Source of the DNA: Spirochaetia bacterium
Lineage (GTDB): Bacteria > Spirochaetota > Spirochaetia > SZUA-6 > Bin103
Direction: 5' to 3'
DNA: 64,000 bases
NCBI GenBank assembly: GCA_965203055.1
Contig: OZ241863.1
Location: 4,288,001-4,352,000, forward strand
Part shown: positions 19,573 to 29,361 of the stretch, one piece after another
How positions within the stretch are numbered: position 1 is the first letter of the stretch
Layout: every line of letters begins with the position of its first letter
Translations under genes and position numbers: made by a program
Notes under the pieces: model-generated
Databases searched by the model: none
The model's input: the letters and a program-made list of their open reading frames with translations, nothing else
Told to the model about the DNA's origin: nothing

Positions 19573-20877
19573 CTAGGCGGTAGTGCGCAACGCCGCGGCG
19601 GGGTCCTGACGGGCGGCGCGGTTTGCCGGGAACAGGGCGGCGATCAGGGTAACGGCGACCACCGAGGCCAAGTAGCCGGCCAGAAACCGCGGATCGACCG
19701 GGAACGACAGGCGGCCGTTGTCCAGGAAGAAGAAGAAGGGCGTGTCCGTGCCCCAGTCGATCGACTGCAGCACCAGGCGGCCGACGACGGCCAGCGCCAG
19801 GCCGGCCACGGTGGCGCCGGCCGCCAGCAGCACCGCCTCGGTCAGAAACAAGACCCGCGCCTGCCGGCGCTGCAGACCGAGGGCGCGCATGGTGCCGATC
19901 TCGCGGGTGCGTTCGTACACCACCATGCGGAAGGTGTTGGTGATGCCGATCGCAACGATGAGGAACAGAATGAACGCCACCACCACGCCGATTATCACCA
20001 AGGTGCGCGCCACGTTGTTGACGCCGGCGAGGAAGTCGTTGATGGTGGAGAGCTGGTAGCGGGTGCCCTCCCACTCGTTCTGCAGCAGCTCGCGGCGCAC
20101 CTCGCGGAACTCATCCTGGCCGGAGACGCGCCGCACCAGGTCCAGCTCCTCCGCCAGCGCCGCGTACAGGCGCCCCGCCTCGGCGTCGACCGCCTCCATG
20201 TCCTCCAGCATGATGGCCAGGGTGACGTAGGCGTCCGGCGCGACGTCGAGCAGCTCGTTGATGTAGGAGCGGTGGGCGTAGGCGTTGACGCCGCTGAACC
20301 CGCCGGCGTCGACCGTGGTCGCCGCCAGCAGGAACTCGCCGACGTTCTGCTGCCCGGTGGTGGTCCGCGCCTGCACCAGCATGGTATCTCCTACCGCCAC
20401 GTCCAGTTGCGCCGCCACGCTTTCGTTCAGCACCACCGCAGTGCGCTCCGCCAGCACCTGCTCGAACGAGCCGGCGCGCAGCACCAGCCGCTGGCGCAGG
20501 GCTTCGGCTGCCTCCCAGTCCACCCCGACGACCCGCTGAGTCACGCTCTTGCCGGCGAAGATCAGCGCTACCCCCAGCTCGGATTGGCGCGCTATCGAGA
20601 CGGCCGGCAACTCGGCCGCGGCGAGGATGCGCTGCAGCGCGGGGTCGTCGCGCACCAAACTCACCAGCCGGCCGCTGGCGCTCTTCTCGTAGCCCTGGAT
20701 GAACAGATGGCCGGCGAAGAAATGCGAGACGTTGGCGCGGATGTTGACCACGAAGCCGGTGGCGAACCCGTTCACCAGGGTGATCACCAGCACCCCGAAG
20801 GCAATCGCCCCGCCGAGCAGGAAGCTGCGCTTCTTCTGCCGGTTCAGGTTGCGGGCGGCTACGCGCAGGACCGTCAT
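19573..20877 (-). CDS. FtsX/LolE-like ABC permease
   Basis: MTVLRVAARNLNRQKKRS, MVVYERTREIGTMRALG, PANRAARQDPAAALR. Confidence 0.9.
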   Translation of the reverse strand: MTVLRVAARNLNRQKKRSFLLGGAIAFGVLVITLVNGFATGFVVNIRANVSHFFAGHLFIQGYEKSASGRLVSLVRDDPALQRILAAAELPAVSIARQSELGVALIFAGKSVTQRVVGVDWEAAEALRQRLVLRAGSFEQVLAERTAVVLNESVAAQLDVAVGDTMLVQARTTTGQQNVGEFLLAATTVDAGGFSGVNAYAHRSYINELLDVAPDAYVTLAIMLEDMEAVDAEAGRLYAALAEELDLVRRVSGQDEFREVRRELLQNEWEGTRYQLSTINDFLAGVNNVARTLVIIGVVVAFILFLIVAIGITNTFRMVVYERTREIGTMRALGLQRRQARVLFLTEAVLLAAGATVAGLALAVVGRLVLQSIDWGTDTPFFFFLDNGRLSFPVDPRFLAGYLASVVAVTLIAALFPANRAARQDPAAALRTTA

Positions 20878-20891
20878 GGCTGGCCTCCCTC

Positions 20892-22415
20892 CTACTCGGT
20901 CTGCACCGCGCGCACCGGCTGCACGCGCAGCGCCACCATCACCGGGTAGACGCTCGACAGCAGGCCGATCGCGGTCATGATTCCCAGCGAGATGGCGACC
21001 GAAAGCGCCGACAACGCCGGCTCCAGCAGCTCGCCGCCGAACAGAACGTTCAGGAAGTCGTTGCTGGCGCGGATGCCGGTCCATCCCAGTACGGCCACGA
21101 TCGCCGCCCCCAGCACGATGCCGACGATGCCGAACAGCCACGAGATGCACAGCGTCTCCACCAGGAACATACGCCGCACGAACGGCTTGCGGGCGCCGAG
21201 GGCGCGCATGGTGCCGATCTCGGAGGTGCGCTCGATTACCGAGATCACCAGCGTGTTCATGATGATGATCACCGAGACCACGGCGATCACCACCACGGTG
21301 ACGTTGAATATCGTCTGCATCAACGCCGCCAGGCGGCTGAAGCCGCCGGCCGCGGCGCGCCAGTCGGCCGCCGCGGCGGCGATGTCCTGCGCCGCGAAGT
21401 AGCCGTTCAGCTCGTCGATCAACCGCTGCGCCCGGGCCTGCTCCGAGCCCGCCCCCGGCGCCAGCTTGAGCAGCAGGAAGTGCCAGGCGCCGGCGTCCAC
21501 CACCGGCGGCGTGCGCCCGCGCTCGCCGAGGATCTCGAACACGCTCTCCTCGTCGAGCGCCGCGCCGGGCTCCGCCGCGGACGGCGCATTCTCCGCGCCG
21601 CCGCCGGCATCCGCCACCAGCTCATCCTCCTCCGCCCCGAACAGCGCGTCCAGATCGTCGGCGGCGAGGATCTCGGTCTCCTGCGCGGACAGCTCGATCG
21701 GACCGCTGCTGATCACCAGGCCGGCCAGCGCGCGCAACGTCTGGGCGTCCACGAACGCGACCTGATCGAGACCCTCGATCTCCTGCCGGAAGCGAAAGAT
21801 GCCGCTGATGGTCAACTCCCGGATGCGCAGCCCGCCGCCGCCGCCGCTGGCAGTGACCAGCAGCGGATCGCCGGGCTGCGGGCGGACTCCGAGCTGCTCG
21901 CCCATCTCCTTGGCCATCTCCTCCGGCAGCATCACTCCGGCCTCGTCGGCCGGCCCGAGCCGCTCGCCGGCCAGCAGCTCGATGCTGTCGGGAAACAGCG
22001 CGCCGTAGCTGGCCATGTCGACCCCGAACAACGTGAGGAAGAACTCCTCGTTCTGCTCCTCGTCGGCGTAGGCGATGACGAACCCGGCGGTGAGCTGCGG
22101 GGCGACGGCCGCCACCTCCGGCAGCGCCGTTACGTGGGCAAACACCTCCCGGTAGCTGCCGATGCGCGGGATCTCGGCATTGGACACCGTGGAGAAGCCG
22201 AACAGCGAGAGCGTCTGCTCGGTGCGCCCGTGGATCATCACGTGACCGGTGTAGTTGTCGACGAACGAGCGGCGCAGGCCGCGGGTAATGGTCTCGGCCA
22301 GCGAGTTGCCCACGACCACCAGCGCGATCCCGAACGCGATGATGACGCCGATGATCAGGGTCTTGGCGCGGTGCTCCCGCAGGTTGCGCAGCGCGATGCG
22401 CAGGATGACCGGCAC
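20892..22415 (-). CDS. FtsX/LolE-like ABC permease
   Basis: IALRNLREHRAKTLIIG, ISVIERTSEIGTMRALGA, YPVMVALRVQPVRAVQ. Confidence 0.9.
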   Translation of the reverse strand: MPVILRIALRNLREHRAKTLIIGVIIAFGIALVVVGNSLAETITRGLRRSFVDNYTGHVMIHGRTEQTLSLFGFSTVSNAEIPRIGSYREVFAHVTALPEVAAVAPQLTAGFVIAYADEEQNEEFFLTLFGVDMASYGALFPDSIELLAGERLGPADEAGVMLPEEMAKEMGEQLGVRPQPGDPLLVTASGGGGGLRIRELTISGIFRFRQEIEGLDQVAFVDAQTLRALAGLVISSGPIELSAQETEILAADDLDALFGAEEDELVADAGGGAENAPSAAEPGAALDEESVFEILGERGRTPPVVDAGAWHFLLLKLAPGAGSEQARAQRLIDELNGYFAAQDIAAAAADWRAAAGGFSRLAALMQTIFNVTVVVIAVVSVIIIMNTLVISVIERTSEIGTMRALGARKPFVRRMFLVETLCISWLFGIVGIVLGAAIVAVLGWTGIRASNDFLNVLFGGELLEPALSALSVAISLGIMTAIGLLSSVYPVMVALRVQPVRAVQTE

Positions 22416-22420
22416 GGGCG

Positions 22421-23161
22421 CTACCGCGGCGGCGCGCCGGGCGGCTGCGCGCGGGCCGCGGAGGCCTCCTCGGCGCGGCGCTCCTCGGACGCCACCAGGC
22501 CGTCCTGGAGGCGCACCACGTGGTCGGCGATGGAGACGATGTCGTGGTCATGGGTGGAGAAGATGAAGGTGGAGCCGCGCTCGGCATTGATCCGCTTCAT
22601 CAACTCGATGATCTGCTGGCTGGTCTTGGAGTCGAGGTTGGCGGTGGGCTCGTCCGCCAGCACGATGGAGGGATGGGTGACCAGCGCGCGGGCAATGGCC
22701 ACGCGCTGGCGCTGGCCGCCGGACAGCTCGTTGGGGCGGTGGCGGAGGTGGTCGGCGAGCCCTACCTGTTCGATCAGCTCCTCCACGCGGCGCCGCTTCT
22801 CGACCTTGTCCAGGCTGCTCTTGCCGAGCAGCAGCGGGAACTCGACGTTCTCGTACACGTTGAGCACCGGCACTAGGTTGAACGACTGGAAGATGAAGCC
22901 GATGTGGGCGTGGCGCAGGGTGGTCAGGTCGCGGTCCTTGAGGGTGCCGGTGGCTTGGCCGTCCACCGTCACGGTCCCGGCGGTGGGGGTATCGATGCAC
23001 CCGATCAGGTTGAGGATCGTGGTCTTGCCGGAGCCGGACGGCCCGGCGATGGAGATGAACTCGCCGCGCTCGATCGACAACGTGACGCCGCGCACCGCCG
23101 GCACCGTGACCTTGCCCAGGGCGTAGTCCTTGGTAACGTCTGCGAGCTGCACGATTGCCAT
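22421..23161 (-). CDS. ABC transporter ATP-binding protein (LolD/MacB-like)
   Basis: GPSGSGKTT, IGFIFQSFNL, LSGGQRQRVAIARAL, LADEPTANLD, STHD. Confidence 0.95.
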   Translation of the reverse strand: MAIVQLADVTKDYALGKVTVPAVRGVTLSIERGEFISIAGPSGSGKTTILNLIGCIDTPTAGTVTVDGQATGTLKDRDLTTLRHAHIGFIFQSFNLVPVLNVYENVEFPLLLGKSSLDKVEKRRRVEELIEQVGLADHLRHRPNELSGGQRQRVAIARALVTHPSIVLADEPTANLDSKTSQQIIELMKRINAERGSTFIFSTHDHDIVSIADHVVRLQDGLVASEERRAEEASAARAQPPGAPPR

Positions 23162-23230
23162 TCGGCTCCCAATATACCGCTTGCGCGGTATCGACGGCGA
23201 ATCCGCGTCAGCCGGCGCCGCGCGTCGCAG

Positions 23231-23635
23231 TTACTGCCGCACGTACTTGAGCCACTGCGCCTTGGCCGCTTCCAGTTGCTCCATCAACACCCGCCGCGAA
23301 TGATCGTCGGCAAACACCGGCGCCCGCGAGAAGTAGCGCAGCAGGTCGTCGATGCGCTTGATGGAGTTGCGTTTCGCGCGCCGCTCCAGGATCGAGATGC
23401 GGCGCCCGCGCTCGGTCTCGTCCACCTGCTCCAGCTTGCGCACCGCGTCGATCTTCTTGAAGTAGGGCTCGGTCCACTGGTCGGGCACCTGACCGGTGTT
23501 GATGATGTATTCGGCGTTGCGGTGGCGGTCGTACACCACCCGTCCCAGAACCTTGCCGATGATCACCACTCCCCAGCGCAGGCCCAGCACGAACAGGGCG
23601 ATGAACGCAATGAACGACACCAGAACCAGCAGCAT
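23231..23635 (-). CDS. Hypothetical protein with N-terminal transmembrane helix
   Basis: 134 aa, natural composition, hydrophobic N-terminus. Confidence 0.7.
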   Translation of the reverse strand: MLLVLVSFIAFIALFVLGLRWGVVIIGKVLGRVVYDRHRNAEYIINTGQVPDQWTEPYFKKIDAVRKLEQVDETERGRRISILERRAKRNSIKRIDDLLRYFSRAPVFADDHSRRVLMEQLEAAKAQWLKYVRQ

Positions 23636-23929
23636 CTATCCGCACATCATACTGCCCGCCGGCGCGCGCGGCTACATCGTCAGCCCGCCCGCGCCGTAGA
23701 ACTGCCCCTCGCGGCTCAGCCGCTCGCACGGACCTTCAGCGGTTCCGCGCCGGTGGCCGAGAGCGCCGCCGGGATCCGTTTGACACCCGATTCGCCCGCG
23801 GCCGACACTGTCCGCCAGTTGCGCCGCGTTGCGCTCGCCGCTTGGTCGGGCGACTGCTACGCCACCTCGCGGGCGTTGGCCGAGCCGCGGCGGCGTCCGT
23901 CTCAACTTGCGGAATGCGTCGAGTGACCT

Positions 23930-25906
23930 GTGACAAGCCCCCCCCCCCCCCGAAAACGGTTAGCCGTCCCGCCTGAGCGGACGCGCGCCGACCTCTGGCT
24001 GCTTCCGGGCGCGTTGGCCGCACTCGGCGCCGGCCTCGTCCTGGCGCTCGAAGTCACCTGGGGCGTGGCGTTGAACTGGGACTCCGGCGCCTACCTCGCC
24101 GCAGCCCGCAACCTGCAGGCTGGCAACGGCTTCCACATGTTCAATGGGACCCCGTACACCTCCTGGCCGCCGCTCTACCCGCTGCTGCTGGCCGTTGCCA
24201 GCCTGGACGTATTCGACCCGCTCGCCGTCGCCGGACCGGTCAACGCGGTCATCTTCGGCCTCACCATATTCGTCGTCGCCCAGTACCTGCGGCGGCGCCT
24301 CGAATCGCGCTTCCTGGTGGTATGGGCCGGTCTCTCCCTCGCCCTGGCCGCTCCGCTGACGCGGTCGGCGTCGTGGGCGTTGACCGAGCCGCTGTTCATC
24401 CTGCTGGCCACGCTCGCTCTGATCCGCACCGACGACTACCTGACCGGCAACAAGACTTCGTCGCTGGCGTGGGCGGCGGTGTGCGCGGCGCTGGCGTGGC
24501 AGACCCGCTACCTGGGCGCGGCGGTAGTCGCCGCGGTCGTACTGCTCCTGCTCTGCCAGCGCGGCGCGCGGCCGGCGCAACGCGCGCGGCGCGCCGCCGG
24601 TTTCGCGCTGGCCGCCGCGGCGCCGATGGCGTTGTGGCTGGCGCGCAACCTCCTGTACGCCGGGAGCGCCACCGGTCCCCGAAACGCCGCTCCCTATTCG
24701 TTGCCGGAGGTCCTGAGCGACCTCGGCCGCGGGTTTGCGGACTGGGTGTACTTCGACCTTCCGCTGGTCCCGTCCGTCGAGTGGCTTCGACTGGTACCGG
24801 CCGCCGGGCTGCTGGCGGTAGGCGGGGCGTTCATCGTCATCGGCGCAGCAACGCGCCGGAGCATGCCGCGGATGCCGTTCGATTGGCGCCCCTGCTACGT
24901 GTTCGGCGGCTTTGCGCTGATCTATCTCATGCTGACCTCGGCGGCGGTCATGCTGGGCGCTACCTTCCACGGGTTTCAGCCCCGATTCCTGACGCCGATG
25001 TACGTGCCGCTGCTGGTCACCGCCGCGTTCGCGCTGGATCGCCTGCTCAGCTCCGTGCGGCAGCATTCGCTTCCGCTTCTCGGACGAGTACCGCCGAGAG
25101 TGGCCGGCGCCGTCGTCATCGCGGCGCTGTGCGTCTGTATGGTCGGGGCAGTCGAGCCGGGGGCCCGCGAAATTGTGCGCGACAACTCCTGCGACTATTG
25201 CCGCGGCTACTTATCACACTGGGCCGATTCCGAGACGGTGAAATACGTGCGGCAGCACCCGATCGAGGGCGTAGTGCGCAGCAACATGCCCGTCGTCCTG
25301 TATCTCCATACTGACGACGCGACCGCCAGTTACGACTATCCGCCGGTCTGGGACGAGGAGTTGCAGCGCTGGCATCGCGTTCCTCAGGACTACGAGTACG
25401 TCGTGTGGTTCGACGACGACAGCCGGGACTCCGGCTATGACCTTGCCCGGCTGCGCGCATTGTTCGGCCTGGTGCCGGTCGCGGAGCTGGCCGACGGCAC
25501 GGTCTTCGTGGTGGTCAAGGACTCCGCCGAACGACGGCGGATCGCTGCTATCGTCGCCGGCGATTTCGAGGCGATCGTCGCCGGAGACTCGGTACGACTC
25601 GCCGCGCGCTCGGTCTTCGACCTCTACTTCGACGACGACGACGACACGTTGACGTACTTCAAGGAGCCGTGCGCAACGGACGACGTAACGGCGCGGTTCT
25701 TTCTGCACGTCGTGCCGTCGGATCCCGCCGACCTGCCGGACCGGCGGTACGCCTTCGCCAACCTCGACTTCGACTTCGGCGCGCACGGCACGCTCCTGAA
25801 CGGCCGGTGCGCCGCGGTCGTGGCCTTTGACTACGAGATCTCCCACATCAGGACGGGTCAGTACCTGGCCGGGAACCATCTCTGGGAGGTGACGTTCTCT
25901 CCGTGA
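23930..25906 (+). CDS. Polytopic membrane glycosyltransferase (GT-C, ArnT/PMT-like) with C-terminal soluble domain
   Basis: WDSGAYLAAARNL, WPPLYPLLLA, LTEPLFILL, QTRYLG, RFLTPMYVP; many TM segments. Confidence 0.75.
   Translation: MTSPPPPRKRLAVPPERTRADLWLLPGALAALGAGLVLALEVTWGVALNWDSGAYLAAARNLQAGNGFHMFNGTPYTSWPPLYPLLLAVASLDVFDPLAVAGPVNAVIFGLTIFVVAQYLRRRLESRFLVVWAGLSLALAAPLTRSASWALTEPLFILLATLALIRTDDYLTGNKTSSLAWAAVCAALAWQTRYLGAAVVAAVVLLLLCQRGARPAQRARRAAGFALAAAAPMALWLARNLLYAGSATGPRNAAPYSLPEVLSDLGRGFADWVYFDLPLVPSVEWLRLVPAAGLLAVGGAFIVIGAATRRSMPRMPFDWRPCYVFGGFALIYLMLTSAAVMLGATFHGFQPRFLTPMYVPLLVTAAFALDRLLSSVRQHSLPLLGRVPPRVAGAVVIAALCVCMVGAVEPGAREIVRDNSCDYCRGYLSHWADSETVKYVRQHPIEGVVRSNMPVVLYLHTDDATASYDYPPVWDEELQRWHRVPQDYEYVVWFDDDSRDSGYDLARLRALFGLVPVAELADGTVFVVVKDSAERRRIAAIVAGDFEAIVAGDSVRLAARSVFDLYFDDDDDTLTYFKEPCATDDVTARFFLHVVPSDPADLPDRRYAFANLDFDFGAHGTLLNGRCAAVVAFDYEISHIRTGQYLAGNHLWEVTFSP
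23938..23951 (+). repeat. C14 homopolymer in the 5' end of the glycosyltransferase
   Basis: GTG ACA AGC CCC CCC CCC CCC CGA: 14 consecutive C. Confidence 0.95.
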
Positions 25907-25939
25907 ACGGATGCGCCGCAATGGGGTAGGCTGAGAGGC

Positions 25940-27550
25940 GTGAGAGATTCCCGGCCCGACGTCATCGTCATCCTGGTGGATGACATGGGTTATTCCGATC
26001 TGGGCTGCTACGGCGGCGAGATCGATACCCCGCACCTCGACTCGCTCGCCGCCGCCGGCGTCCGCTACACCCAGTTCTACAACTGCGCCCGCTGCTGCCC
26101 AACCCGCGCCGCGCTGTTGACCGGGCTCTACCCCCACCGCGCCGGCATCGGCCACATGACCTCGCAGGGGGATGCCAACCTGGAACGGAACATGGCCATG
26201 GCGCGCGCCCCCTACCAGGGCTACCTGGGCAACCACACGGCGACCCTGGCCGAGGCGCTGAAGGGCAACGGCTATCAGACCTTCATGTCGGGCAAGTGGC
26301 ACGTCGGATCGTTCCGCCCCAACTGGCCCACCGACCGCGGCTTCGACCGCTACTACGGCATCCTCGGCGGGGCCTGCAACTACTGGGCGCCGAGCCCCTC
26401 CGCCGGGCTGCTCGACGGCGTTACCCCGGTAACCGAGCTGCCGGCGGACTACTACACCACCGACTACTTCTCCCGGCGCGCCGTCGAGTTCGTCGCCGAG
26501 GCCGATCCCGAGCGGCCCTACTTCCTGTACCTGGCCTACAACGCGCCGCATTGGCCGCTGCACGCCTGGCCGGAGGACATCGCCAAGTACCGCGGCCGCT
26601 ACCAGGTCGGCTGGGACGTGATCCGCGCGCGGCGACTGCGGCGCCAGCAGGAGCTGGGGCTGTTTCCGCCGCACCTCGAGTTGTCGCCGCGCGACCCCGA
26701 GTGCCCGCCCTGGGAGGAGATCGAACGCCGGCCTGACCGGCAGGGCAGGACCTTCACGGCCGAGGAGTGGGACCTGCGGATGGCGGTATACGCCGCCATG
26801 ATCGATCGCGTCGATCAGGGCATCGGCGCGCTGCTGGCCCAGATCCGCGCGACGCGGGAGCTCGACAACACCTTGATCATGTTCCTGTCCGACAACGGCG
26901 CCTGCGCGGAATCCCACGATCCGGTACCGGAGGTTCCGGCCGGGCCCAGGGAGTCGTACACCGCCTGCTTCCTGCCCTGGGCCAACGCCTCCAACACCCC
27001 GTTCCGCCTGTTCAAGCACTGGCTGCACGAAGGCGGCTCGGCCACGCCGTTCATCGCGCACTACCCGAAGCTGATTCGGGAGGGCCGTATCGAGTCCCGC
27101 TACTACGCCCACGTCAAGGACATCATGGCCACCGTGCTGGAGCTGAGCGGCACGCCGTACCCGGCGACCGCGCGCGGCTACCCGACCCTGTCCCCGGACA
27201 GCCGCTCCTTCGCGGCCAACCTCCAAGGCCGCGAACGGGACAACCCGGAGACCCTGTTCCTGGAGCACGAGGGCAACCGCGCGGTGCGCCGCGGCAAGTG
27301 GAAGCTGGTCTCCTACTACAACGAGGCGCGCGGCTTCATCAACACGCCGGTCGGAACCGGCCACCGGACCGGGCCGTGGGAGCTCTACGACATGGAGGCG
27401 GACCGCGTCGAGCTGCGCGACTTGGCCGCGGCGCACCCGCAACTCCGGGACAAGCTGATCGAGGAGTATGGCCGGTTCTCGGAACGGACCGGAGTCTCCG
27501 ACTGGGAAGATATCCAACGCGACCTGGAGCAGCTCTATCGGGAGGAGTAA
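25940..27550 (+). CDS. Arylsulfatase
   Basis: RPDVIVILVDDMGYSDLGCYGGEI, RCCPTRAALLTG (CxPxR), GKWHVG, YNAPHWPLHA, SDNG. Confidence 0.95.
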   Translation: MRDSRPDVIVILVDDMGYSDLGCYGGEIDTPHLDSLAAAGVRYTQFYNCARCCPTRAALLTGLYPHRAGIGHMTSQGDANLERNMAMARAPYQGYLGNHTATLAEALKGNGYQTFMSGKWHVGSFRPNWPTDRGFDRYYGILGGACNYWAPSPSAGLLDGVTPVTELPADYYTTDYFSRRAVEFVAEADPERPYFLYLAYNAPHWPLHAWPEDIAKYRGRYQVGWDVIRARRLRRQQELGLFPPHLELSPRDPECPPWEEIERRPDRQGRTFTAEEWDLRMAVYAAMIDRVDQGIGALLAQIRATRELDNTLIMFLSDNGACAESHDPVPEVPAGPRESYTACFLPWANASNTPFRLFKHWLHEGGSATPFIAHYPKLIREGRIESRYYAHVKDIMATVLELSGTPYPATARGYPTLSPDSRSFAANLQGRERDNPETLFLEHEGNRAVRRGKWKLVSYYNEARGFINTPVGTGHRTGPWELYDMEADRVELRDLAAAHPQLRDKLIEEYGRFSERTGVSDWEDIQRDLEQLYREE

Positions 27551-27636
27551 CCAACCAGCGCAGGTTGAGTCGAGTCAAGTCTGCTGAGTCTTGTCTTGGC
27601 AGGCGCCGCTATACGTGCTATCTTCTTTCATTATCG

Positions 27637-29100
27637 ATGGGACATACGTGGGACTTCATCCGTGATTACGAGACGGACCCGTCTCAGCTCGCCCAAGTGG
27701 AACTGAAATATCTGGCTGCGGTATGGCAGGACCATCGCCAGCGGCTGGAGAATCAGGATGCATTCATCCAGTTCAATCAGAGGCTGCTTCGCGAGTGGTC
27801 CATAGAAACCGGTCTGATCGAGCGGCTGTACGTACTCGACCGCGGCGTCACCCAACTGCTGATCGAGCGAGGAATAGATGCGGCTCTGATCCCGCACGGA
27901 AACGGCCAGCATCCGGCGTCGGTGGCAGCCATGATCCAGGATCACCAGGCGGCGGTGGAGAGCGTCTTCAGATTCGTCAAGAATGAGCGGCCGCTTTCCA
28001 CGAGCTACGTCAAGGAGATGCACGCCGTCATCACCCGCAACCAGCAGGGAACGGACGCGGCAGATGCCCGGGGCCGGATCTCACAAGTCCCATTAATTCA
28101 CGGTGACTACAAGAAATGGCCCAACAATCCCAGCCGCCCCGACGGCTCGGTTCATCAATACTGTCCACCCGAGCACGTTGCGGCCGAAATGGATCGACTC
28201 ATCGAATTACACCACAGCCACGTGAACACTGCGCCCGAGGTCGAAGCTGCGTGGCTGCATCATCGATTCGCACAGATCCACCCGTTTCAGGACGGCAACG
28301 GTCGTGTCGCCCGAGCTCTCGCCACCTTGGTCTTCGTAAAGTCAGGGTGGTTCCCTTTGGTGGTAAGGGACAAAGACCGTAAACGGTATCTGGATGCCCT
28401 GGAGTCTGCCGATAGCGGGGATCTTGGCGAACTGGTCACGTATTTTGCCAACCTGCAGAAGGACGAGTTCGTCAATGCTCTCACCATCGCTCGGGACGTT
28501 CTGCGATCCGCCCGTGCGGAGCAAGCGATAGCAGCCGTGCGCCGCCAGTTGCAACGCCGCCGCGACTCCATGGTGAAGGAGTGGGGGAAGGCCCGCAACG
28601 TTGCGGGAGCACTCCGCGAGACCGCCCAGAGCCGTTTGCAGCAGGTATGCGACCGACTGCAGCTTGACGTGCAGTCTCTTCTCGGGAAGGCTGCCTTCTT
28701 CGTGGACGGCGACACCGACCACGGAGGAAAGAGTCACTACTTCGCTCGACAGATCGTGGAGGCTGCGAAGCAGATTGGCTACTACGCCAACCGTGAGACC
28801 TATCGATCATGGACAAGATTGGTTATGGAAAACGGGGACGCCACCGACCGCACGGAACTCCTGGTCTCCTTTCACGGTCTTGGTTGGGAATTCCAGGGCG
28901 TCCTCGCCTGTTCGGCGGTCTGCTTTCAGCGCAGTGAAACCGATGGTGGAGAACGTCAACTCACCGCCGGCGAACCGGTGTCGGACGGGATGTTTCAGAT
29001 AAACTACAAGGAACCGATCGAAGAGGCCGGAAGGCGATTCCTCGTCTGGTTGGAACCTGGCATAGTGCGCGCAGTGGAGCTCTGGCAGGAGACGCTGTGA
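27637..29100 (+). CDS. Fic domain protein with C-terminal extension
   Basis: HPFQDGNGRVAR; ATG at 27637; lower GC than neighbours. Confidence 0.9.
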   Translation: MGHTWDFIRDYETDPSQLAQVELKYLAAVWQDHRQRLENQDAFIQFNQRLLREWSIETGLIERLYVLDRGVTQLLIERGIDAALIPHGNGQHPASVAAMIQDHQAAVESVFRFVKNERPLSTSYVKEMHAVITRNQQGTDAADARGRISQVPLIHGDYKKWPNNPSRPDGSVHQYCPPEHVAAEMDRLIELHHSHVNTAPEVEAAWLHHRFAQIHPFQDGNGRVARALATLVFVKSGWFPLVVRDKDRKRYLDALESADSGDLGELVTYFANLQKDEFVNALTIARDVLRSARAEQAIAAVRRQLQRRRDSMVKEWGKARNVAGALRETAQSRLQQVCDRLQLDVQSLLGKAAFFVDGDTDHGGKSHYFARQIVEAAKQIGYYANRETYRSWTRLVMENGDATDRTELLVSFHGLGWEFQGVLACSAVCFQRSETDGGERQLTAGEPVSDGMFQINYKEPIEEAGRRFLVWLEPGIVRAVELWQETL

Positions 29101-29326
29101 CCGACCGCTGACTCCGGCGCCCCCGCCGAGGCGTGAGCCGGGCCACATGACCTGTGCCCCGGCGGCGGGCGTGCAGATGGGACGCCCCATCCGGTGGGCT
29201 GGGGCGCGGCGGCGCGATGGGTCTGCTCGGACCCATCGCGCGCCTGGGGCTAATGGACATGGCCAGCCGCTTGGAAATGCGCCGCCGAATCACGCCGGCA
29301 GGTGGCATCTTACGGGCCGGAAGAAC

Positions 29327-29355
29327 TTGACTCAAGTAGTTTCCATGATTATACT
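29327..29355 (+). promoter_or_regulatory. sigma70-type promoter for the HNH gene (leaderless)
   Basis: TTGACT(29327-32)-N17-TATACT(29350-55); ATG 29362 six nt later; palindrome ACTTGA-C-TCAAGT at 29325-29337. Confidence 0.75.
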
Positions 29356-29361
29356 TATGTC

